From positions 32,001-96,000 of the forward strand of contig JBFMGO010000003.1 in the NCBI GenBank assembly GCA_040752695.1: a stretch of DNA of 64,000 bases, given 5' to 3'. The notes beneath the pieces are model-generated. The model saw nothing but the letters and a program-made list of their open reading frames with translations. It made no database searches and was not told the DNA's origin. Shown piece by piece: positions 9,533-19,260 of this stretch. The position numbers and the translations under genes were made by a program. Within the stretch, counting starts at the first letter, position 1. Each line of letters begins with the position of its first letter. This DNA comes from a bacterium (GTDB lineage Bacteria > SZUA-182 > DTGQ01).

Positions 9533-9783
9533 TGCTCCCTGCCTTCCTGGATGTATGAGCTGATATCGACTTCCCCCTTGATCTTTTCTCTAATAGAATC
9601 AAATTCCCTGAGGAGTTCATCTTTACTCATCTTTTCCTCGTTGTATGGCAATGGCACGAGACAGGCAATGGGTTTTCCTCTCTGGGTAATAGTAAAGGAT
9701 TGCCCCTCCTGAACCTCCTGCAGTAAACGAAACAGGTGGGTCTTGGCATCAAAGGCACTGACTGTGGCAGGTAAATCTTTCAT
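9529..9783 (-). CDS. Phd/YefM family antitoxin
   Basis: TVSAFDAKTHLFRLLQEVQEGQSFTITQRGKPIACLVP; start set at ATG 9783 (the track starts at 9828). Confidence 0.88.
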   Translation of the reverse strand: MKDLPATVSAFDAKTHLFRLLQEVQEGQSFTITQRGKPIACLVPLPYNEEKMSKDELLREFDSIREKIKGEVDISSYIQEGREH

Positions 9784-10312
9784 TGGCTTCATATTCATTA
9801 GTTTAATAAACTGATCAGTAAAAATCAAGAAATACTTGAGTTCTTATAGCACAAGCCTTTTTTCGGGCATGGGTAAGCGGTTATTCTCACTATTCAGCAC
9901 TTGTTTTCGTAATTATAATTAACTGTATATCGTCTATTTGATAAATTTAAAATAAATTTATTGTGCAATTAAAAAGCAACAGATGTGATCGAACATCGCA
10001 TTTCATCAAATTGCACCGTATTCTTTCAGCTCTTTTCAGCAAATTTTCAGCAAATTTTCGGGGGGGAGAGGAGGTGAAAGCATGTATTGAGTACAAGTTG
10101 CGGGAATTACCCGGCCAGTTGGCTTAAACAGACCTCTCACACTATCCTTGTCTGCCGCAGTGGGAGATGAGGGAAGAGCATAACTGGCCGGGGGTCTGGT
10201 GCGCAGTGTACTTATATGCCCTCAGTAATGAGTCAAGCGAAGGGCTGATTATCAAGAGCAACCATCAATCAGGAATCGGTTAATTGGTACTCATGAAAAA
10301 AGGAGAACAGCT

Positions 10313-12445
10313 ATGAGACTCATGGGCAAAAAAACAGTAGGCAAAAAAACGATAGACAAAAAGGCAATAGGTATGATTTGTACGATACTCATTCTCATTA
10401 TCAGTATCAGTGCAATACAATGGCGAACTCATTCGAGCCGTCAATTGAGCTGTCAATTGAGCCGTCAATATACAGCGCGCAGCGGTAATCCTGATGCGCT
10501 CGGTATTGGCAATGTAAAAAAACTTATGGCAACTTATAACCGTTGGAAGGTATTATGGTCCCAGGCTGTAGGTGAGCAAAATCTGATCCTGTCACTTACT
10601 TATGTTAAGGGCCAATCGGCCAAATTTACCCGGGCAAGAGGCCAGGCAGTCATCAATCTGGTCGATGGTTCGGTACAGGTCGAAGTGTCGGGGCTGCCCG
10701 GAAAAGGGACATATGATGTCTGGATGCTTGGCCGTCACTCTGGCACAGGACACCCCGGCACAGGACACCGGCAGGAGGGGTCATGCCCTGATCATGACGC
10801 AGTGAATCTGGGCACCTTGAAGGGCGAAAACGGCACGGTCCGGCTTAAGGCTCAAGCCGGCTGTGAAGTTCCGGCAAGTCTTGAAATCGATTATGTAGTC
10901 GTAGCCTGTACCGGTCAAGATCCTGCGAAAACCGGTTTACTTTTCGGCTCGCCCAGCCTGTTTCAAAAGCTCTATTACAACGAACGTTCCGGACGACTGG
11001 CTATGGTCGGCGAAGCAGAAGAGGTGTCTGATTCTGCCTCGACAGGCGGCACTCTTTCCAGCGCCGCCTGCCGGTTTTTGGTTCCATCCCCGGCCTATGC
11101 GGACAACAGGGCGGACAACCAGAAGGAAAAAGTACTGTGTTCTCTTCAGAAACTTATCGACCAGGGGGAGTATCTGTTCTTTCATGAGACATTCAAGGGG
11201 AATGGCCGGACCTGCGGAACATGCCACCCAGCCACGAATAATTTTACGCTGGATCCCGCTTATATTAAAACGTTGGAGCCGTGCGATCCTCTTTTTGTTG
11301 CAGAGAACAATCCGGCCCTTGCTGAACTCGAGAAACCGGAATTGATGCGAAAGTTTGCCCTGATTCTGGAAAACGTGGATGGATTCGACGATCCGACCAC
11401 TATTTTTGTTATGCGCAGCGTTCCCCACCTGCTCGGCCTGTCAAATACCATCCTCTCGGACCCCAGTAAACCAGGTGAATATCCGGTGCAGAGGACCGGA
11501 TGGTCAGGCGACGGTGCCCCAGGCACGGGTTCTTTGAGGGAGTTTGCGATCGGTGCGGTAAAGCAGCATTTCACGAAAAGCCTTGCGAGGGTTGAGGGAG
11601 CGGATTTCAGGCTGCCAAGTGATGATGAATTGGATGCACTGGAAGCCTTTCAGCTTTCCCTGGGTCGACAGGAGGAGCTCGATCTGGAATCTATGCATTT
11701 TACCTCAGAGTCAGCGGAACTCGGAAAAACAACTTTTCTGGATAAAAACCCTGATGATCCACGGGCTGGCAAGTGTCAGCGCTGTCATGCAAATGCCGGA
11801 TCAAACAGCTCATCGACGCTCTTTAACGATAACCGCAATACCGGTGTTGAGGTTATGGAAGCCCAGCCAGCCAGACTTGTTGATTCCTCCATTCCCATCG
11901 ACGGCGGCTTCGGGCTGGAACCGAATCCTGACGGCAGTTACGGGGATGGCACTTTCAACATTACCTCAGTGATTGAGGCAGCCGACACTCCTCCCTATTT
12001 CCATAACAACGCGATCAACACCCTTGAGGCAGCGGTTAGTTTCTACAATGATGATGCCTTTAATAACTCGCCCAGTGGAATCACTCATCAGGGGCTGGTT
12101 AAGCTCGAAGCTACCCAGGTAGAGGCAGTTGCTGCATTTCTTCGCATAATCAACGCCATGGATAATATCAACTCCTCAAACAGATACGATGAGCTGGCTA
12201 AGGGCGCATCTTGCCTGAAGGGGAGGAAACTTCTTGAAATCGCGATTTCTGAGACCGAGGATGCCATCGAGGTTCTGAGCCGCGGAGTCTTTTTACACCC
12301 GGATGCTGTGTCGCTTCTGGAGAAAGCCCGCCTGTTTGAGATTACGGCTTGTGCATCAACAATTACCATGATCAGAAACAGCCTGATCGATAAAGCCATA
12401 GCCTCGAAGAACGCTGCATATGAACTCATGATTGCGAGCTCATAA
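10313..12445 (+). CDS. Membrane-anchored or exported di-heme cytochrome c (cytochrome c peroxidase/MauG-like, divergent)
   Basis: N-terminal hydrophobic helix; two CxxCH motifs (NGRTCGTCH, GKCQRCH); FNITSVIEAADTPPYFHNN...AVSFY resembles the bacterial CCP C-domain. Confidence 0.7.
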   Translation: MRLMGKKTVGKKTIDKKAIGMICTILILIISISAIQWRTHSSRQLSCQLSRQYTARSGNPDALGIGNVKKLMATYNRWKVLWSQAVGEQNLILSLTYVKGQSAKFTRARGQAVINLVDGSVQVEVSGLPGKGTYDVWMLGRHSGTGHPGTGHRQEGSCPDHDAVNLGTLKGENGTVRLKAQAGCEVPASLEIDYVVVACTGQDPAKTGLLFGSPSLFQKLYYNERSGRLAMVGEAEEVSDSASTGGTLSSAACRFLVPSPAYADNRADNQKEKVLCSLQKLIDQGEYLFFHETFKGNGRTCGTCHPATNNFTLDPAYIKTLEPCDPLFVAENNPALAELEKPELMRKFALILENVDGFDDPTTIFVMRSVPHLLGLSNTILSDPSKPGEYPVQRTGWSGDGAPGTGSLREFAIGAVKQHFTKSLARVEGADFRLPSDDELDALEAFQLSLGRQEELDLESMHFTSESAELGKTTFLDKNPDDPRAGKCQRCHANAGSNSSSTLFNDNRNTGVEVMEAQPARLVDSSIPIDGGFGLEPNPDGSYGDGTFNITSVIEAADTPPYFHNNAINTLEAAVSFYNDDAFNNSPSGITHQGLVKLEATQVEAVAAFLRIINAMDNINSSNRYDELAKGASCLKGRKLLEIAISETEDAIEVLSRGVFLHPDAVSLLEKARLFEITACASTITMIRNSLIDKAIASKNAAYELMIASS

Positions 12446-12545
12446 TTACGAGCTTTTGATATTGATTGCAAGCTCATGATATTGATTATAAGCGTTGTTA
12501 TTGATCATGAGCTCATGATATTGATTACGAGATCATGATATTGTC
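12420..12545. repeat. Degenerate ~20-nt tandem repeats extending from the 3' end of the cytochrome gene
   Basis: Recurring gctcatgatattgatt / atgattgcgagctcat units. Confidence 0.75.
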
Positions 12546-12696
12546 GAGGCGAAAAAGGAACGTGAAAACGGGAAATACTCCCCTCATAGAGTAAGTTGTT
12601 CCCATCATCCCGCCCTCTTTCCTCAAAAAGGGAGAGGACGGGATGAGGAAGCACTGTTTTTCAGCCCTCAAGGGGGTACACTTACCTTACTCACAT

Positions 12697-12754
12697 GGGG
12701 TTTCATCCAATAAGGATTCATCCAAGGGGTTTCATCCAATAAGGATTCATCCAA
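12697..12754. repeat. Perfect 29-nt tandem duplication, followed by degenerate copies
   Basis: ggggtttcatccaataaggattcatccaa at 12697-12725 and 12726-12754. Confidence 0.9.
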
Positions 12755-12781
12755 TAGGGGTTCATTCTATAGGAGTTTCAT

Positions 12782-14299
12782 TCAACCGGCATCGCCGGTT
12801 TTAGGGCTGGATACCGGAGCGGTCCTGCCTCTCACTTTGCCGCGCAGGGATTCTCTGCCTACTTTAAAGCCGTAGAATTTCTTCCCGATCTGCTGGCACC
12901 GGCTGAGTTCTCTTTTCAGCCCATTAAGCCAGATTTTCATTTTCGGGGATCTTGAAGAAGATGCCAGACCATCCAAAAAAGCGTAGACAGCGTCCTGATC
13001 CTGTAAAACCGCCTGCTGGCGGTTGACCGCCTTTTGTATTTCCGGCAGGTTTTTTTCAATAAGCCGCTGGGCCTGCACGATAAATTGAGGGTTTGAACTT
13101 AAGATCTGGAGCAATTCCTTCGACTGAGAGTAAAGGCACTTGATCTGATACTTCCCATTCGGATTTCGGATCAGAACCTGATCCCGGTATTCCCTGAGGA
13201 GGGCAAGATTTTCAGCGGATTTTCCTATGGTCAACTGATAAGTCGAATTCCATGTCGGCTCTCCTGCTGTATTGCATCTGCCGTATATGGCCATGATACC
13301 TGCTCTATCATCTTCTGCCAGGGACCTTCTGACACCTGAATAATAAGGATACATGATGGCATCCAGATTTTTACTGTGATCCAGGGAAAGGTAATGCCCG
13401 AATTCGTGAAGCATGCAGGTCTGGATATCGTAATCGGCTCCATCTCCTGATACGCTCCAGGATATTCGGTCGTTGAACGCGCAGTCAGCCTCCAGCATGC
13501 AGCCTGACGAGGTATTGTACCAATAGGTAGTCTGGGCAAGGGTTTGTTCATCTAAATTGTTGTCATAGTAAATGATGTTGGTTCCATCATAGGCGGTGCC
13601 AGAGGTTTGAGAAATACCGCCATACATGAATTGAAAGCAGGCGCCACTTAAATTCCAGGTATCTGCTGCACCAAGGCAGGCCGATCTTTGACTCTCGGTG
13701 GTTTCGGCATTGATGTAAAATTCCTCTCCCATCGGATTTTCCTGACACCAGTGATAGGGGGAAACGGAATAGCCGTACGTGTAAGAATCAATCCCCGCTT
13801 CCTCAACAGGGCGAGGAGAAAAATCACCTCTTTGAGTACCGGATTGGACGCCCCTGATTTCAGCCAGGAATCGAGCTATCGGCAAACCTCTCTCGATAAC
13901 GAAGCTGTCATTCACATGGAATTTACCCTGAAACCCTCCCACCAGCCGTAATCCGGCATCTACAAAAACAACGACTCTTTCATTCTGCCAAAAACACGGG
14001 CTGTTCGAAGTTCTTTGGACTACCTCGCCCACGCATCCTCCCGGTACCGTGAAGCTCAAAGAAACAGGTGCCGTTTCCTTCAGGTTTTCGAGGACCGAAA
14101 GTTTCACGGTCGTGGAGATAGAGGTCCTGTTTGCATCCCATTCACTGCTAAAATCAACGATCTGCCCGTAGCAGATATGCCTGGCTTTATGAATGAGGGA
14201 AGACAGAGTGGTTCTTCGCATGAGGGCGTGGGAATGTGTGGGAAAAAAAAGGGGGCATAGTCCGATGAGGCAGCAAAGAAGCAGCAGACCTTTTTTCAT
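12782..14299 (-). CDS. Secreted matrixin-like (M10) zinc metalloprotease with C-terminal LRxxRDxxL (CFI-box-CTERM-like) helical domain
   Basis: HEFGHYLSLDH and Met-turn AIMYP; signal peptide MKKGLLLLCCLIG..SHA preceded by RBS aggaggag (start 14299 rather than 14410); LLREYRDQVL...GK...LY. Confidence 0.85.
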   Translation of the reverse strand: MKKGLLLLCCLIGLCPLFFPTHSHALMRRTTLSSLIHKARHICYGQIVDFSSEWDANRTSISTTVKLSVLENLKETAPVSLSFTVPGGCVGEVVQRTSNSPCFWQNERVVVFVDAGLRLVGGFQGKFHVNDSFVIERGLPIARFLAEIRGVQSGTQRGDFSPRPVEEAGIDSYTYGYSVSPYHWCQENPMGEEFYINAETTESQRSACLGAADTWNLSGACFQFMYGGISQTSGTAYDGTNIIYYDNNLDEQTLAQTTYWYNTSSGCMLEADCAFNDRISWSVSGDGADYDIQTCMLHEFGHYLSLDHSKNLDAIMYPYYSGVRRSLAEDDRAGIMAIYGRCNTAGEPTWNSTYQLTIGKSAENLALLREYRDQVLIRNPNGKYQIKCLYSQSKELLQILSSNPQFIVQAQRLIEKNLPEIQKAVNRQQAVLQDQDAVYAFLDGLASSSRSPKMKIWLNGLKRELSRCQQIGKKFYGFKVGRESLRGKVRGRTAPVSSPKTGDAG

Positions 14300-14760
14300 T
14301 TCTCCTCCTGTTCGGGTTTCCTGAAATCGACCATAAATGTCCATCCCATAACGAAGTCCATAGCCGTACACTCTGAGCCGCGCTGTGGGAGAGACAGAGG
14401 GCGAATCCACCTCCCCCTTGAAAAAAGAGTCTCTCTCCCCCCCTTTGCGGCCGTTTTTCGCACCTCCAGGATCGTTGGAATAGACGTTTTTCAGTTTACT
14501 GCCTTTTATTTCTGGAAATAAAAATGATCTTTCGGCTTCTTACTTCTTTGATATCCACCGGTAAATATAAGGCCCGCTCTTTTCGGGGAGTGTTCTGGAA
14601 GCGACCAAAGGCCGGTTTCCGGCCATCCCCCCACACATGAATTTTCCGGCCCCCCATATGAGGCGAGTGCATATTCCATGAAGGGTGCACTTTTTTTCCA
14701 TTTTGGGATTGTTGAAAATATCCGATGAGACGATAAAAATTATATGAAAGGAAGAAATGT

Positions 14761-15528
14761 ATGGCCGTTGATACCGCGATCATTCTAGCAGCGGGTCAGG
14801 GAAACCGTTTGCTTCCCCTGACCCGGACCACACCCAAAAGCCTGATACCCATAGCCGAGACAACCCCTATCGATCATCTCTTACAGACTCTTGCCAGTCA
14901 GGGGATCGAATACGTGGTTATCGTAATCGGCTATCTGGGAGGCGCCATCCGCCGGAGAATCGGTATTCATTATCGGGGTCTGCAGGTCACCTGCGTTGAA
15001 AACCCCCTTTATGAATATACCGATAATATCGCCTCTTTGTGGTATGCCCAGGGATTTTTCTATTCGGACATTCTCCTTCTGGAGGCTGATGTTTTCATGG
15101 AGGAAGAGATCGTGCATGACCTGATCGTCTGCCCGCACCGCAACGCCATGGTCATTGACAGGTTTAATCCCGAGTTCATGAGTGGTACCATAGTCTTCGT
15201 AAACAGCGACGGCATGGTGGACCGGATGATCCTGGATTGGGAGCGGGATCAGGTCCTCAGTAATGCATATAAAACCGTAAATGCCTATAAACTGTCTTTC
15301 GATTTTTTGAACAGGCAGCTCATACCCCGTCTTAATTTATATTTTAACTATGGCCCGACAGAGAACAGCTACGAAATACTGATCAGGGACCTTTTGGCCG
15401 AGGGAGCCGTGAAATTTGCTCCGGTTCTGACCGGTCACCACCAGTGGGTTGACATCGACACCCCAAAAGATCTGCACCGGGCCTTGCAGATGTTTTCTGC
15501 CGGATCAAAGCTGATTGAAATAAAGTAA
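14761..15528 (+). CDS. NTP transferase (phosphocholine cytidylyltransferase/LicC-like)
   Basis: AIILAAGQGNRLLPLT...PKSL, NPLYEYTDNIASLW, WVDIDTPKDL. Confidence 0.85.
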   Translation: MAVDTAIILAAGQGNRLLPLTRTTPKSLIPIAETTPIDHLLQTLASQGIEYVVIVIGYLGGAIRRRIGIHYRGLQVTCVENPLYEYTDNIASLWYAQGFFYSDILLLEADVFMEEEIVHDLIVCPHRNAMVIDRFNPEFMSGTIVFVNSDGMVDRMILDWERDQVLSNAYKTVNAYKLSFDFLNRQLIPRLNLYFNYGPTENSYEILIRDLLAEGAVKFAPVLTGHHQWVDIDTPKDLHRALQMFSAGSKLIEIK

Positions 15529-15758
15529 CCGTATCAAAGCTGATTGAAATATGCTCACTCATATTCGATAGCCACTACGTTAATCCTTTTAAAAGGTGTG
15601 TTGTTCGATGTATACAAGCAAATAAAGTAAGATGCCGTGGAAGGTTTTGATCACTATCGAGGACCGTCTTCTGGTTCCTGACTTCCGACCTCCAACCGCC
15701 GGCTTCGACTTATAGATACTTATATAATATTATATAAGAGAATAGGTAGATACCCTTT

Positions 15759-17714
15759 ATGTGTGGTATTTGCGGACAGATAAACTTTGACCTGAAAAAG
15801 CAGATAGATCCTGATCTTTTGCGCCGCATGACCCGTATCCTGCAGCACCGCGGGCCGGATGACGAGGGTGTATGGGTGCGGCAGAATGTCGGCCTGGGGC
15901 ACCGGAGGCTCAGCATCGCAGGTCCCGGCCCCATCGGGCATCAGCCCATGGCTAACGAGGATCAATCCTGCTGGATCGTTTTCGATGGAGAGATTTACAA
16001 TTACCAGGAACTTCGAGAAGACATGGAGTTGTTGGACCACCGCTTCCGGACGGCCACGGATACGGAGGTAATCCTGCACCTCTACGAGGAATTCGGCGTT
16101 AATTGTGTCTGCCGCCTGCGGGGGATGTTCGCCTTTGCCCTTTGGGACAGCCGCGAGCAGCGTCTTTTACTGGCCAGGGACAGGATAGGCAGGAAACCTC
16201 TGTTTTTTTCCCTGACCAATGATCGGATTCTCTTTGCTTCTGAAATAAAATCGATCCTCCAGGATAAACATTTCCCGAAAGAAGTGGATCTTGAATCCGT
16301 CCATCACTTTTTGACCTACGGCTACATTCCGACTCCCCGGTCAATCTTCCGGCGTATCGTCAAACTGCCTGCCGGTCACATTCTGGTCTGGCAAAGGGAA
16401 GAGGCACGGGTCCGCCGCTACTGGGATCTGGACTATCGGACCAAATTGATTTTACCGAATCATCAGGCTTATGAAGAGCACTTCCTGAAGGTTTTTGAGG
16501 AAACCGTACGGATCAGGCTTCGAGGCGATGTACCCGCAGGAGCCCTGCTGAGCGGCAGCCTTGAATCCAGTGCTACGGCGGCCATGATGTGCCGTCTACT
16601 CAGTCAGCCGGTTCGAACCTTTTCCATCAGCTTTCAAGAAAGCGGATGGAATGGACTGCTCAAGGCACGAGCTGTTGCGCACTTCTTCCATACGGAACAC
16701 CATGAACTTGTCGTTCGACCGAAAGCGGCCGAGGTTCTGCCCAAACTGGTCTGGCACTTCAATGAGCCTTTTGCCGATTACTCGGCCATAGCCATTTTCC
16801 ATCTGGCCCAATTCGCCAGCCAGGAGATTTCGGTTGTGCTGAGCGGGGATGGAGGGGATGAGTCCTTTGCCGGAAATGAACGCTACCTGGCAGAGCGCCT
16901 GATCGCTTCAACGGCTTTTTTCCCAAAGTACATCTCTCGTAATGTCTGGCCGCGAACTGACCGCTCTGTGCCAGACAGGATCGAGCACAAGAGCTTTGTC
17001 CACAGGCTGAAGCGCTTTATGGCTGCCGCTGGTGATACTCCGGAGCGAAGGTATGTACGATGGATCTGTCTTTTCGATAATGAGAGCAAAGAGTCACTGT
17101 ACTCGGAAGACTGGAGGCAAAAATTCCAAAGCCTGGACTCCGGCGACCTCTTGACAACAGCGTACCACAGGGCCAAAGGGGATAACCATCTGGACCGGAC
17201 GCTCTATCTTGATATGCATTCCTGCCTGCCTGATGATTTGATGGTCAAGATGGATACAGGTACGATGTCCAATTCCCTGGAAGTCAGGTCTCCCTTTCTC
17301 GATCATAAGCTGATTGAATTTGCCGCCTCCCTGCCCGTCAATCTGAAGTTGAGGGTGCTCAAGACCAAGTTCCTGCTGAGGAAAGCCTTACGGGGCCTCC
17401 TCCCGAAGGAGATTCTCTATCACCCCGCTATGGAATTCGGTGTGCCGATTGCCCGGTGGCTGCGGAAGGATCTGCGGGAGATGGCCTATGACCTTCTTTT
17501 GGATTCACGATGCATTCAGCGAGGCTACTTCAACCGGACGGCAGTAAATCGCCTCCTGGACAGCCATATGTTCGGCAGGAATGATCACAGCCACCGCATC
17601 TGGGCTCTTCTGATTCTGGAGCTGTGGCACAGGATGTTCATTGATGAAAGTATATCTGAGGAAATCAAGGCACCAGCCTATGCTCCGTCTGACACACTGA
17701 TGGCCAGCGGGTAG
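15759..17714 (+). CDS. Asparagine synthetase B-like amidotransferase with several degenerate catalytic motifs
   Basis: MCGI, HRGPD, RGMFAFALWD, LSGDGGDE and EVRSPFLDH are present, but SGGLDS reads SGSLES and NGEIYN reads DGEIYN. Confidence 0.85.
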   Translation: MCGICGQINFDLKKQIDPDLLRRMTRILQHRGPDDEGVWVRQNVGLGHRRLSIAGPGPIGHQPMANEDQSCWIVFDGEIYNYQELREDMELLDHRFRTATDTEVILHLYEEFGVNCVCRLRGMFAFALWDSREQRLLLARDRIGRKPLFFSLTNDRILFASEIKSILQDKHFPKEVDLESVHHFLTYGYIPTPRSIFRRIVKLPAGHILVWQREEARVRRYWDLDYRTKLILPNHQAYEEHFLKVFEETVRIRLRGDVPAGALLSGSLESSATAAMMCRLLSQPVRTFSISFQESGWNGLLKARAVAHFFHTEHHELVVRPKAAEVLPKLVWHFNEPFADYSAIAIFHLAQFASQEISVVLSGDGGDESFAGNERYLAERLIASTAFFPKYISRNVWPRTDRSVPDRIEHKSFVHRLKRFMAAAGDTPERRYVRWICLFDNESKESLYSEDWRQKFQSLDSGDLLTTAYHRAKGDNHLDRTLYLDMHSCLPDDLMVKMDTGTMSNSLEVRSPFLDHKLIEFAASLPVNLKLRVLKTKFLLRKALRGLLPKEILYHPAMEFGVPIARWLRKDLREMAYDLLLDSRCIQRGYFNRTAVNRLLDSHMFGRNDHSHRIWALLILELWHRMFIDESISEEIKAPAYAPSDTLMASG

Positions 17715-17822
17715 AGGCATTAGAGTGCAGGAGATTGATATTATTATATATAATAAAGATAATATATATAATAAATAAAGATAACGATTGATACTACGGA
17801 CGAGGTATGAGATTAACCGGAG

Positions 17823-19133
17823 GTGACTATGTCTACTGAAGTAGTGATCCTTGGGGCGGGTCTGACCGGACTGAGTGCCGCCTACCATCTGAAGCAATCG
17901 TATGAAATATTCGAGAAAGAAAAGCAGGTCGGCGGGCTGTGCCGCTCCCTCTTCCATGACGGATTTACCTTTGACTTCGCTGGCCATCTGCTTCACTTCA
18001 ACGATTGCCGGATCAAGGATCTGATCGAGGCTGTCTGCCGTGTCCCCTGGGTTTCACATCGACGAAGAGCCAGTATCTATGCCCAAAAAACGTATCTCCC
18101 CTACCCGTTCCAGGCCCATCTCCATGGCCTGCCGCAGAAAATTGCCTGTGAATGCCTGCTGGGGCTTTTGCGCGCTCATCAGCAATATCCTATTACCCGG
18201 CCTGCGGAAAACTTCGAAGACTGGGTGATCCAAAATTTCGGCCCGGGGCTGGCAAAACATTTCCTTTTGCCTTACAACCGCAAGATATGGCGCGTAGCTC
18301 CATCGGAGATGACCTCTGAATGGGCTGCTTCCCTGATCCCTCTCCCCAATCTCGAAGGCGTAGTGCGGGGCTGCTTTAACCAGAACCATCAGGAATACGG
18401 CCAGTCATTCTACTATCCTGTCGAGGGAGGGATCGAAGTTTTCGGGCGGGCTTTTTTGCCTCTGATCGGCAAGGTCAGTACAGGCATGGAAGCGGTTAAA
18501 ATCGACACCCATAAGAAAAGGGTCTGGTTTCAGGATGGCCAATCGGTCTCTTACCGGCAATTGATTTCCTCCATCCCCCTGCCGGAGGTAGTCAAAATAA
18601 TAGCCGATGCACCGCCGGAAATACAATCCATAGCCGGAAACCTGCGCTATGCTTCGGTCTTTTGCCTTAACCTGGGAGTGGACCGGCAGAAGATCTCGGA
18701 CCAGCACTGGATCTATTTCCCGGAAAATCGGTACCCCTTCTACAGAGTGGGCTTTCCCTCGAATTTTGCCTCAGGTGCCGCCCCTGAGGGAACAAGTTCG
18801 CTATACGTGGAGATTTCCCACCTGCCCACAGAAAGGATCAATTCCGACAAGATGCTGCGGCTGGTCCAGTCCAGATTGACTGAGTGCGGTCTGCTCAGGA
18901 AGAACGACCGGATTATCTCACACTCTTCTTTCGATATCCCTTATGCCTATGTTACCTTTGATCTTCACCGCCAGAAGGCCCTGCCCGTTATTCAGCACTA
19001 TCTGAGGGATCAGGATATTTTCTCGGTCGGCAGGTACGGCGCCTGGAAGTATTCCCTCATGGGACATGCCCTTATGGACGGAATAGAAGCGGCAGGAAAA
19101 GTGAATGCTCTGCCGGCTACACCCTTTCCCTGA
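17823..19133 (+). CDS. FAD-dependent oxidoreductase (protoporphyrinogen oxidase / UDP-galactopyranose mutase-like)
   Basis: VILGAGLTGLSAAY, E....VGGLCRS..GFTFD..GH, YAYV, GRYGAWKY. Confidence 0.8.
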   Translation: MTMSTEVVILGAGLTGLSAAYHLKQSYEIFEKEKQVGGLCRSLFHDGFTFDFAGHLLHFNDCRIKDLIEAVCRVPWVSHRRRASIYAQKTYLPYPFQAHLHGLPQKIACECLLGLLRAHQQYPITRPAENFEDWVIQNFGPGLAKHFLLPYNRKIWRVAPSEMTSEWAASLIPLPNLEGVVRGCFNQNHQEYGQSFYYPVEGGIEVFGRAFLPLIGKVSTGMEAVKIDTHKKRVWFQDGQSVSYRQLISSIPLPEVVKIIADAPPEIQSIAGNLRYASVFCLNLGVDRQKISDQHWIYFPENRYPFYRVGFPSNFASGAAPEGTSSLYVEISHLPTERINSDKMLRLVQSRLTECGLLRKNDRIISHSSFDIPYAYVTFDLHRQKALPVIQHYLRDQDIFSVGRYGAWKYSLMGHALMDGIEAAGKVNALPATPFP

Positions 19134-19260
19134 TCTTTATAACGGTTTTCCGGACTCCCCCTTTCGTAAAGGGGGAGCGGGGATTTTCTATCTCAAAGAA
19201 AAGACATTGAGAGAATCCGCCCTCCGAGCATGACGTGCCTTTTTACCTTACCTTGGGTTT

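Noticed and set aside
10082..10183. ATG-TAT-TGA read through as a selenopeptide
   Set aside because: The downstream peptide has no redox motif or family resemblance and there is no properly placed SECIS-like hairpin.
12420..12785. Repeat clusters as a CRISPR array
   Set aside because: Units are directly adjacent or degenerate with no unique spacers, and there are no cas genes in the window.
15759..17714. Lasso-peptide cyclase interpretation of the AsnB-like gene
   Set aside because: It has a full Ntn domain with Cys1, and no precursor, B1/RRE or B2 protease gene is nearby.
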